In this document: one piece after another, positions 23,898 through 34,920 of the stretch | How the letters are laid out: every line of letters starts with the position of its first letter | How positions within the stretch are numbered: the first letter of the stretch is position 1 | Assembly: GCA_020137815.1 (NCBI GenBank) | Contig: CM035361.1 | Location: 3,658,001-3,722,000, forward strand | From: Hormiphora californensis | Taxonomy: Eukaryota; Animalia; Ctenophora | DNA length: 64,000 bases | Reading direction: 5' to 3' | Translations under genes and position numbers: made by a program | The notes under the pieces: model-generated | Told to the model about the DNA's origin: nothing | The model's database searches: none | What the model saw: the letters and a program-made list of their open reading frames with translations, nothing else

Positions 23898-26800
23898 ATG
23901 ATCAAGCCTAAGAAGTATGATTGGAAGGATTCCAACATGGCCCTTTTTGGGTCCGACCTGGATAAGGGTGTCAAGAAGGAGGCGGCCAAACTTGAACCTG
24001 CCTGGGAGGGATCTGGTAAGAAATTACTTTACTAATATTAGTATGAATTTAGTCGTAATTTTACTATACTTTTATCTAAAAATGAAAGTACCCTAGACAT
24101 AGCTTCCGCGTGAAACATCCCTCTGATCAAGAACCGACCGAATCAGGAAATACTGGCCAATGGCTGATAACCAGTCACGTGACCTAAATAACGAGTTCTG
24201 ATTGGTTGTTTACTGATACCCATATAATTTCAGGTCAAAAGGTTGGTATGGAGATCTGGAGAGTCGTCAAGTTTAAGATTCAGAAGTGGCCTGTTGAGGA
24301 CCATGGAAAATTCTACAGTGGAGACTCTTACATTATTCTCAACACTTACAAGTAAGAGCTAAATTGCAACCTATTCTTGCTCCTATGTGAGATCGATCTC
24401 AGTCGCGCGCGACGTCGATCTCACTCAGGTATCAATGTGGCCAATACAAGTAAGAGCTAATTTCATGTCTATATGAATGAGTAGATCTTGTACAATTTTA
24501 TTAATTCAGTTAAAGGATATTTTATCTTCAATTCAGGAACACTATAGTGCATTCATTGTTCATTCATCACTCATCAGGAACCCTTAGTTTATTCATTGTT
24601 CATTCGTTAGGAACCGTTAGTTTATTTATTGTTCATTCATTGCAGGAACCCCGATGAGGATGACCTAGAATATGATCTCCACTTTTGGATTGGAAAATAT
24701 TCCACACAGGATGAGTATGGAACTGTTGCCTACAAAACTGTCGAGTTGGACACTTACCATAACGATAAACCCGTCCAACATAGGTGTGATTAGTTAATTA
24801 GTTGGTAATTAATTAGTAATTAGTGGTCCAGCACAGGTGTGATTAGTTAATTATTAATTGGTAATTAATTAGTAATTAGTGGTCCAGCACAGGTTTTAAA
24901 ACCATTGATGAGTTAGTATTAAGCGATCCGTAAACGTTGACATTTAATTTTCTCAACACAGCTGCCCTATGCAATAAACTATTAGTTAATTAATTAGTTA
25001 ATTGATGACTATTCCAGGGAGATCCAGGGAAATGAATCAAGTTTATTCCAGACCTACTTCCCCAAGGGAATCGAGCTGCTGAAGGGTGGTGCTGAGAGTG
25101 GATTTAGGCACGTCAAACCCACAGAGTATAAACCTCGACTTTTCCAATTCGTCGGTAATTACAACAACAAATTGATCCTTGTGTTTTTTTAGGACACGAC
25201 ATGACAGCTTCACATATTTAATTGATCGCTATAATAGATAATACAAATTAAAAACGACAGCAGTTTTTAAGGTCTATACACATGTTTCATGGTGCCCCAC
25301 GAGGAGGCACCAATCATATAAGATAATGATAATTTTAGTTATTTTAAAGTTTAACACCTTATTTTCAGGCACAACCTATGCCAATACCGTCATCAAAGAG
25401 GTGGGTCTCTACAGGCAGTCACTGAACAAGGAGGATGTTTTTGTTCTTGATCGAGGTCTGGAGATCTTCCAAATTAACACTCCTAAATGCGACAAAGATG
25501 AAAAGGTAACTAATAGTTATATCATATGCCCAAATATGGACAATAGTTACTAACTATTGTCCATATTTGGGCATATGATATCATCACATGTCCAAATATG
25601 GTCATATATGACGTTGACACACCTAAATTCGAGAAAGTTTATTTTGCCTTGCAAGCCTTGTCTTTTCTGTTCTAACCGCTTCCCGATCTATAGAATATAG
25701 ATCTATCGAGTTGCTTAGTTGCTCATTAATAAGCACGTCAACTGCTCAGGAACCGACCTTAAGTTAACTAATTCTAATATATCTGTTTGGTTTCATAATT
25801 CACACCAATGGTGTTGGTGAATAATCAAACCAAACAAATATATTTGCACTGCAGCCTCCACCATCTCATCCAAATAATTCTAATATGTACTTGTAGGTGA
25901 AGGCAATGCACTATTGTTTGAAACTAAAGGATGAGAGATGCGGAAGACCCAAGATTATCCAGGTTGACGACAATAACCCTCTAGAGGAAGAAAAGGTGAG
26001 TGAGCTGCACGTGCAGATATCGGGAAGGGGGAAAGGGGCAAGAAAAGGTGAGTGAGATGCACGTGCACCCCTTCTTGGCTCCATTGCAACCTATTCTCGA
26101 TCTCACTCAGGCATCAATGTGGCCAACACCCTTTCCAACAACAGATCTGGGAAGATCAATCTAATCTTTTTATTACAAAATACAACCAGCTGAAAGGGAG
26201 TGCCACTAACTATACGCACACTTAACTATAATATATACTATTAATTAATCAATTAACTAATTAATTAACATTCCTAAATAGGTTGCTGAGGTGATCAAGG
26301 ATAAGACGAAGAAAGAAAAGACCGGACCTCCCCCTGGACCACACACCAACAAACTCGTCAAGGTAGGAGTCTAGAAACTGATCTTCTTCTAGGTACTAGA
26401 GTAATAATAATTGTAGAACTAGTAGTAGTAGTACAGTCGGACCCCGATTTAGTGGCACCCCGATTTAGGGACAGAATTTTTTTTCCCCGATATAGGAAAT
26501 TAACCTTATTTGACCCCGATTTAGTGGACACCCCGATTTAGTGAACAAGAGCCTTTCTCCCGAGGGTGTCCCTAAATCGGGGTCCGACTGTAGTAGAAAT
26601 TATTTAGTGGAAGTAGTAGGTGCTATTCATATAATAGTGGGATAAACTTCTATCATTAGTTAGTAAGTTTAATTAGTTATTTAACCAATTAATCATGATT
26701 TCACCCCTGATCAGGTGTCGGATGAGTCGGGAACCTGCAAAATGGTTGAGATTGCCAGTGGTCAGCTGGAACAGGACCAACTTGACCCCAACGATGTCTT

Positions 26801-27150
26801 TATTGTCGACCTGGAAAAGGAAATCTTTGTGTGGGTCGGAGACAGTAAGTTTACCAAATATTAAGGGTAACCATGGTAACCATGGTAACTAGGACATGGT
26901 AACCATGGTAACCATGGTAACTTGAATTTCTAAATTTCAACGCCATAGAACAGCTGTTTCCTAATTGGTATATTGATGAATATCCAATGTTACCTTTGCA
27001 GACGCGAGTAGTGAGGAGAAGAAGAACGGAATGGCATACGCCCATACCTACGTCTCCAAGACTGACAGACCACTGAGGAGTATCAGCGTGGTGAACCAGA
27101 GACGGGCACACCATTGTTACGCCATGATGAACAAGGCGAACACAGCATAG
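23898..27150 (+). CDS. Gelsolin-like protein (three-domain severin/fragmin type), 368 aa
   Basis: 9 phase-compatible exons: 23898-24015, 24234-24351, 24646-24783, 25018-25154, 25369-25505, 25897-25995, 26282-26362, 26715-26844, 27002-27150. Motifs [94 protein letters not shown]. Confidence 0.95.
26433..26590. mobile_element. MITE family B (Tc1/mariner-pogo-like, TA TSD), representative copy
   Basis: ta|cagtcggaccccgattta...taaatcggggtccgactg|ta with internal ccccgattta repeats. Related copies near 4287, 8373, 9003, 10652, 17880, 19010, 23411, 43494, 47070, 49460. Confidence 0.85.
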
Positions 27151-28190
27151 ATTCTGCAGTGATTGTGCGGTAGTTCTGCGGTAATTCTGCACGGCTAGAA
27201 CCTTCTGCAATGATCTACATGAGAAGTTTGTTCTGGCACGACTTCAAGAACCGGAACTTTAACTTTTTTCACTGTGGCCTGGATCGACCGATATATCGGT
27301 TATAGTTCTGATCTAGAAGGATCTTGTATCAATCCGATACGAAAGCTGGTGCTTACAATTGTGGATGTGTTTTTTCCTCCAAGCTGATGAATGTAATGTT
27401 GAAAAATTTGTAAAAAATTATATTTGATCGCCTAAAAACGTTTTTTCTTTGTTTTCGCGGATTCTATTTAACATTTTAACAGTTGGTCTTCACAGTCAAA
27501 GTAATCACGTCAGGCACTATAATTAAGGTCTTCCTGAGGCCATGTTCAGGTCCCCCAATGGTAAATCCATGAACATCTTCATGGTCGACCAACTGGGGGA
27601 CCAACTGGGGGGAAAACAGTCGTGCCCGAACCTCAGGTTCTGACCGTACTCGCAATCGCTTATTGAGACGCAATCGCTTGAGATACCATGGCGTACTAAC
27701 TCTTTGGTGTTTACTGTATCGAAACAACTCTTGTTCTTTCAAGTGTATCCCCTGCAGCTCACAGAACTCGAGATCTTTCAGAGTTATACTGTAGAACAAT
27801 ATTCATCAAATTAACTCCTTGATGTAGCCTCCCCACGCCGCTGCATTTCGCGAGTGGCCCCGTGGGTGATTCACTCTTTACACGAATATATTCTTAGCCT
27901 CTCTCTGGTTTTCATTTTTTTGACGTTATGTATGCATGTTGACTTTCGGATCCACTGTCCCTTGTTCCATCGGCAGAATTACGCCGCAGAATTACGCCTT
28001 GTGTATACGTTGGGCCTGATAATGAAAGGCGTAATTCAGCCTAAATCTTGCCGAATTCTACCCATGGAACAAGGATGGAGGTTAGAGTTGGATGTAAATT
28101 CCGCTTGGGGTTTAGATAGCACTATAGCGTCCGCCTATCTCCAGGTATAATTTTGTTCATTGCAGTTCTCACATGCTTTACCCCTAATCT

Positions 28191-28534
<344 letters not shown>

Positions 28535-29275
28535 TGGGCCTCCTGCTGCACGGAAAGTGTTGAATAAGTCAGCGGACAGGTCTGGTTGGATAACGCAATC
28601 ATATTGTCAATATGCTAATATGGTTTCCCTGCCCGGATGCCTTTTGCAAAAAAGCATCTATAGGAGTTTAGGAATGTACGAGTTCGAAGCTTATAATTAA
28701 CCCTTTGGGGATGATAAGCCCCCTGTCGACAGAATTCTCTAAAACTTTCTGGAGACACTCACTTTGAACCTACTTGAACGCAGGAAAAGGAATTTTGGTT
28801 CTACCACCTGTATTTCTATTGGGTCACCTGTGACCCAATCGTCCCCTAACGCTAAAATAGGAATTGAGATTTTGCCGCTATTTTGCCCGATAACTCGAAA
28901 ACCGCTCATTTTAGACCCTATGTTTCTTCTTGCCAGGTTAGACTGTTTTTTCGCGCGCCCCGCCCGCGAACAACTTGTTTTTATAAAATAAAATAAAAGA
29001 GTTTGTACAAAACAAGTTTCTTCATAACACTTATATAAACCCGGCCATTCTGCACAGTTTGCACACCCTATGGGTCTCTCTATCTCATCTGTAGCCGATT
29101 TTAGAATTTCAAAATTGGCCGAGATGAAAAATTTTCTGAAGGAGCACGGATCTCAAAATTTTTTTCTTCGACTCCCTAAGATGTTGAGATAACAATGATG
29201 GATTCGGTTAGTCGCTAGCACCTGTTTAAAAAATGCCGTTTTAGACTTTTATTTCCTTTAAATAATGTAAATAAT

Positions 29276-30298
29276 GTGAAACGACAATGTGGACTGATGC
29301 TGAAGAACCTCTGGCAAGTTAACAAGTGCCTAGACAAGAGTACTAAGATCCTTCTTGTAAAGCAGTTGGTGATATCAAAGATTGACTATTGTAATATCTT
29401 GTACTATGGACTGCCACAACGAATCCTTCAAAATCTACAGAAGACTCTGAACTCCTGTATACGGTTTGTCTTTAATCTGAATGGTCATCAAGATGATTAC
29501 ATGGAGTATTTCAGAGAGGCTCACATTCTTCCGATACAGCAGAGATTAACTTTTAAGGCATGCCTGCTGGCTTACAAGATTGTTCGAGGAACTGCCCCTA
29601 GGTACTTGTTGGATCTGGTACCTAGGGATGAGGAATATGGATCACTGAGGATGGCGAGGGCTACAACTGTTCCAGACTTTTTCCGGCTAAAATATCCCAA
29701 ACTGTCAAGTATCAATGCAAACTCGAAGTTGCGTCGAAGAAGACTTTCGGTGTTTCTTCCTGACGTATGGAATGATCTCCCCCTTGAGCTCAGATCAGTT
29801 CATCCTGTTGATCTGTTTAAGACAAGACTAAAGACAAGGTTATTTCAGGAGGCATTCGGATCTGCTTCAGAGTTGTAATCGGAGGTGTCCTATCCTTCCC
29901 CTTTCCCGTGTCGAGCAGACAATTCTAGCATAGCAATTCCTTACTATTTCCCTTCCTAGGGCTATTATAGCAGGGGGGCTGCTGATGCAGTTGAGCTGAC
30001 TTTTGTTTGTAGCATGAGGGCTGCTGGCTCTGTTTCTTTATCCCGATTTATAGTCTGTTATTTAATTGCAGCTAACAAGTTGTTTTCCAGAAGTTTATGT
30101 GTCCCGTTTTTCCTTAGGCTTTTTTCAATTTTTTGGAGTATATAATCAGTAGATGTGTCTATTTTGTTCTAAGTGAGTCAGGATATTAACAATCTTGGTG
30201 TACCGCTCTGAATCTGGGCAGTGTTGGACTCATGTCAATGATCCAGCCCTGTCTGGACTGAGCGGTATACTAAAAACCCTTTATTATTATTATTATTA
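29276..30298 (+). mobile_element. 5'-truncated LINE (CR1/L2-group) with C-terminal ORF2 fragment 29276-29878
   Basis: LVISKIDYCNILYYGLP..LQ..LN..RFVF..HILPIQQRLTFK.CLLAYK..G.AP.YL..WNDLP..FKTRLKT; 3' UTR ends in a (tta)n tail. Confidence 0.85.
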
Positions 30299-30299
30299 T

Positions 30300-30710
30300 C
30301 TTTCAAGACAAGACTGAAGACCCGACTGTTTATGGAGGCATTTGGGTCGTCGGAAGGTGTAAGTACTCCTTAGGACTTGTTTTCAGTTTTTTCATTCCTT
30401 TTCGTTTGGAACAGTTTGTATCGGATTTTTAATCAGCATTTTTCTGAGGGTTTGAAGCACGAGTGGATATTGTGTGAAGCAGTGTGAATTTGATCTATAC
30501 AGGATTATTTTGGGACTTTTATCCATTTAAGTCAGTGATTGTCATCAGTTTTTCCCCACATTATGTGAGCCGTTTTAATTCAGTTTTTCCAAGTTGGTCT
30601 TCTAAGAGAGTGTTTTTTCTAACTTTGTATCCCGCTCTGATTGCCGTCAGTGGTAGTAGTTATATTTTGATCTGCTGCCCCTGGACGGTATGGGCGGAAT
30701 ATAAGTACGT

Positions 30711-30742
<32 letters not shown>
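30300..30742 (+). mobile_element. Second, shorter LINE 3' fragment of a related subfamily
   Basis: Begins FKTRLKTRLFMEAFG directly after the first tail; shares ccgctctga...gcgg.atat 3' motif; (tat)n tail. Confidence 0.75.
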
Positions 30743-30829
30743 TAGAAATGCTCGTAAAATGCAAATTTCTGTTTTAGCGTTAGGGGACGATTGGGTCACA
30801 GGTGACCCAGCACTTTGGAGGCCCCTGAG

Positions 30830-31698
30830 CAGTGGCGTAGCCAGGGTATGTGCAAACGTGCATTGCACTACCTGAGCGCTACCAACTGCACTACCTCAAA
30901 TTTTCCTGGTGTGCACTACCACGCCTAAATTTTGATCAAAATTGCACTACTTCGGAGTTCGATAGGATATAAACGTTTGAGATGTAATGTACGACACTGA
31001 ATCCCAAACAAATAGAGATAAAGCACAAAGAACGAGAAAAAGAGAGGGGTTCAGGTGACAAGTTTGTAGAGAGCAATCGCCAGTACCATGCGTTCCATGC
31101 CTCGATGGGATAACAGCACAACACCCAATTGCTAGGATTGTGCAATCCATGGTGTATTACCCTTCTTGGTTTGCGTGATTGTGTTCAGATTGTTCTCAGA
31201 TTGTCAAAATTGACAAAAATCGGGAAAAATTTCCGGGGGGCTTCGCCACATGCTCCCACCAGAACCCTGTCCCTGGACCCTGGTTTGTCTCCTTCATATT
31301 GTTTGAATTATTGTTTTCAAATTGCTCTCAGATTGTCAAAATTGACAGACATCAGGAAAAATTTCCGGGGGCTTTGCCCCACACCCCCACCAGGGCTTGT
31401 AATCCCTGGACCCTGCTCGTGGGTGCTTTGTCCCCGTCATATTGCCCGAATTATTATTTTCAAATTGATCTCAGATTGTCAAAATTGACAAAAATTAGGA
31501 AAAATTTCCTGGGGCTCCGCCCCACGACCCCGCCGGGGCTTGCAATTCCTGGACCCTGCTCGTGGGGGCTGTGCCTCCTTCATATTGTATAAAATTGCTC
31601 TCAGATTGTCAAAAATCGGTAAAATTTTCCGTCATTAAAGGTGCACTACTTCAAATTCTTAATGCACTACCATGCTCGAAACCCTGGCTACGCCACTG
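30830..31698. mobile_element. hAT-type MITE with internal tandem repeats
   Basis: TIR cagtggcgtagccagggt/accctggctacgccactg; 8-bp TSD cccctgag; internal repeats of ctcagattgtcaaaattgac. Confidence 0.9.
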
Positions 31699-31896
31699 CC
31701 CCTGAGAGGCACAAAACTTAAAATATCGCCCTGAAACTTTACCCCGGGGTTAACTCATCCAAATATTCAATTTAGATCGATGAGATAAACGGGACGTGGA
31801 TAAAGCTTCCCTCGTTACCTGCAGCTCGCAAAGCTGACTCTGAAATAGAGTCCATCCTGTGCTCGGCATTACTCAACTGGAACCTTTTCCTCTTAG

Positions 31897-32476
31897 CCAC
31901 CGTTGCTAAGGACTCCATTCCACCTTTGGTAAGGACTCCATCCCACCGTTGCTAAGGACTCCATCCCACCGTTGCTAAGGACTCCATCCCACCGTTGCTA
32001 AGGACTCCATCCCACCGTTGCTAAGGACTCCATCCCACCGTTGCTAAGGACTCCGTCCCACCGTTGCTAAGGACTCCATCACACCGTTGCTAAGGACTCC
32101 ATCCCACCGTTGCTAAGGACTTCATCCCACCGTTGCTAAGGACTCCATCCCACCGTTGCTAAGGACTCCATCCCACCGTTGCTAAGGACTCCATCCCACC
32201 GTTGCTAAGGACTCCATCACACCGTTGCTAAGGACTCCATCCCACCGTTGCTAAGGACTCCATCCCACCGTTGCTAAGGACTCTATCCCACCGTTGCCAA
32301 GGACTTTATCACACCGTTGCTAAGGACTCCATCCCACCGTTGCTAAGGACTCCATCCCACCGTTGCTAAGGACTCCATCCCACCGTTGCCAAGGACTCCA
32401 TCCCACCGTTGCCAAGGACTCCATCCCACCGTTGCCAAGGACTCCATCCCACCGTTGCTAAGGACTCCATCCCACC
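31897..32476. repeat. 23-bp minisatellite (ccaccgttgctaaggactccatc), ~25 copies
   Basis: Period 23 (actcc at 31981, 32004, 32027), highly homogeneous. Confidence 0.95.
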
Positions 32477-34264
32477 ATGGTAAAGATTAAAGGAATGGAT
32501 GGTCCCGTGATCAGGGTGAATGCCAGTACACCACCACCCCCTCCTACTGACCCCGGTGGGGTAACTCTAGGTGGTATCGGAGGGGGGTTATCGGCTCCTG
32601 ATCCTACTGGACCTGATTTTGATAACAACAATGTGGAACAGAACTGTACTGACGAAGATGGAGAGAAACAACCAGGTATAATATTATGAGTCAGAGTCAG
32701 AGGGTTGGGTGGGGGCCCTTCCTCCCCTCTTGTTGATAGTACAACATGACCGCTATAATAGTGTAGTCTGCATTATCTTATTGAGTCAGAGTAAGCCGGG
32801 TATACAATTAAAGTCATGTACAGTATGACAAACTTTAACTCACTGATCCAAAGTTGAAGCGATATGGGAATTGGTGGAATCACGCAATCCTATAAGAACT
32901 AGTTTTAAATACCTCAGAACTAGTTTTAAATACCTCATATGACGTTTTTTTCTCACCATAAAAGTTGTAAATCTAATTCCACTTCTAGGGTACTCTAATA
33001 GGTCCCTAAAATCACCAAAAAAATCCTTCGCGAATTTCGCGGTGAAGAACTTAGGTTTTTGGGGCACGCCCTTTTACCTATGTTTTTAGCCTGTTTTGTA
33101 AGACGTAACATGGCTTAGGAACGGAGTAGAGACAAAACTGAGGGCATTAAAGTGATCAGCGTCCTCGCATTAGTGGGGGTAGAGACCGAAATTAAGTCTC
33201 TATCTTTTCAGGTTAATTAGATAATTGGATAATTAGATGCACACATAACCGTTTTGTGTGCTATATGGTAAAAACCATCATAGGAAACAAGTAGAGATGA
33301 AACCGAGGGCACCAAAGTGATCAGCGTCTTCGAATTAGTGGGGGTAGGTACCGGAATTAAGTCTATCTCATCTGGTTAATTAGATAATTAGATAATTAGC
33401 TTTGCCCATAACCGTTTTTGGGCTATATGGCTATAGCCACTTAGGAATGGTTAAGAGACTTTTCACTGGTGCCATTTTGTAGGCAATGGCCAATTTATGG
33501 GGGGTCAACGTCGGACTTTTAAGCTCTATTTCCAACCGTTTAGCCGTTATTTGGCTTTAAATGTGCCCAAAATGGGCAAAAACGGTAAAAAGCCCGATTT
33601 TGAGCACCTTTAGAGCCAAATAACGGCTAAACGGTTGGAAATAGAGCTTAAAAGTCTGACGTCGACCCCCCATAACTTGGCCATTGCCTACAAAATGGCA
33701 CCCGTGAAAAGTCTCTAAACCATTCTTAAGTGGCTATAGCTATATAGCCCAAAAACGGTTATGCGCGAAGCTAATTATCTAATTATCTAATTAACCAGAT
33801 GAGATAGAGACTTAATTCCGGTGTCTACCCCCACTAATGCGAGGACGCTGATCACTTAAATGCCCTCAGTTTTGTATCTACTCCGTTCCTAAGCCATATT
33901 ACGTTTTACAAAGCAGGCTAAAAATATAGGTAAAAGGGCGTGCCCCAAAAACCTAAGTTCTTCACCGCGAAAATCGCGAAGGATTTTTTTGGTGATTCTA
34001 GGGACCTATTAGAGTGCCCTAGAAGTGGAATTAGATTTACAACTTTTATGGTGAATTTTGATCTACATCCGACATCATATGACTGGCCTATTCAGCCAAA
34101 GAAAATTCTCTTTCCCCACTCAGGCCACATTGGGAGCGCCAACAAGGCGTTAGCGATTCTCCGGAAGGCTGTTATTGGAAGTCGGACCTTCAAGGCCCAA
34201 CGATCACCACTTCTTCTGCGCAATAGATATCGCAATTTTGAGGAAATTCCCAGTCAGAATGAAA
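32477..34264 (+). CDS. Partial hypothetical gene (two linked exons; 3' end unresolved)
   Basis: Exon 32477-32675 (MVKIKGMDGP...EKQP, G|gtata) joins in phase to 34124-34264 (tttccccactcag|GHIGSANKALAILRK...SQNE, A|gtaag). No recognisable domain. Confidence 0.45.
32953..34054. mobile_element. Foldback element related to the 50429-52616 family
   Basis: tcaccataaaagttgtaaatc...gatttacaacttttatggtga arms; shared motif cattagtgggggtagag...gataattggataattag; left arm has an internal duplication. Confidence 0.8.
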
Positions 34265-34365
34265 GTAAGTGAAAACTTGCTATAGCGTGTCATTGGTGAC
34301 ATAGACACCTGACACGACCGAGATTGTGCGGGGGGTCGCGCCATGTGTCTATGTCACCAAAGTGA

Positions 34366-34920
34366 AGACTAGATCTAGTGGGAGGGGTGGGGACTAGATT
34401 TGGGAGTCGGGTGAATAGATCTGGGTGGGAAGGGTGGTGACTAGATTTGGTGGGAGGGTGACTGGATTTGGGGGTGGGGACTAGATCTAGTGGGAGGGTG
34501 GGGACTGGATCTGGTGGGAGGGGTGGGGACTGGATCTGGTGGGAGGGGTGGGGACTGGATCTGGTGGGAGGGGTGGGGACTGGATCTGGTGGGAGGGGTG
34601 GGGACTGGATCTGGTGGGAGGGGTGGGGACTGGATCTGGTGGGAGGGGTGGGGACTGGATCTGGTGGGAGGGGTGGGGACTAGATCTGGTGGGAGGGGTG
34701 GGGACTAGATCTGGTGGGGGGAGGGGGGTGGGGGACTAGATCTGGTGGGAGGGGTGGGGACTAGATTTGGGAGTCGGAACTGGATCTGGGATTGGGGCCG
34801 GGGTATGGGACTAGACTAGTGGCAGGGGTGGGGGACTAGATCTAGTGTGAGGGTGGAGGACTAGATCTAGTGCGTGGGAGAGGATGGGGACTAGATTTGG
34901 GGGTAGGGGGCTAGATCTGG
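34366..34920. repeat. G-rich 25-bp minisatellite (gggactggatctggtgggaggggtg)
   Basis: Homogeneous core 34500-34710 with degenerate flanks. Confidence 0.9.

Larger units (their letters stand above)
28821..30808. mobile_element. DNA-transposon remnant hosting the two LINE fragments
   Basis: 37-bp inverted repeat gggtcacctgtgacccaatcgtcccctaacgctaaaa at both ends; no TSD seen, so it may be subterminal in a larger TTAA-flanked element (~28701-31749). Confidence 0.6.

Noticed and set aside
27476-27799. 107-aa minus-strand ORF with a possible internal acceptor
   Set aside because: No recognisable motif and no convincing upstream exon; unsupported without RNA data
31897-32476. CRISPR-like appearance of the regular repeat
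   Set aside because: No unique spacers, eukaryotic context, no cas genes
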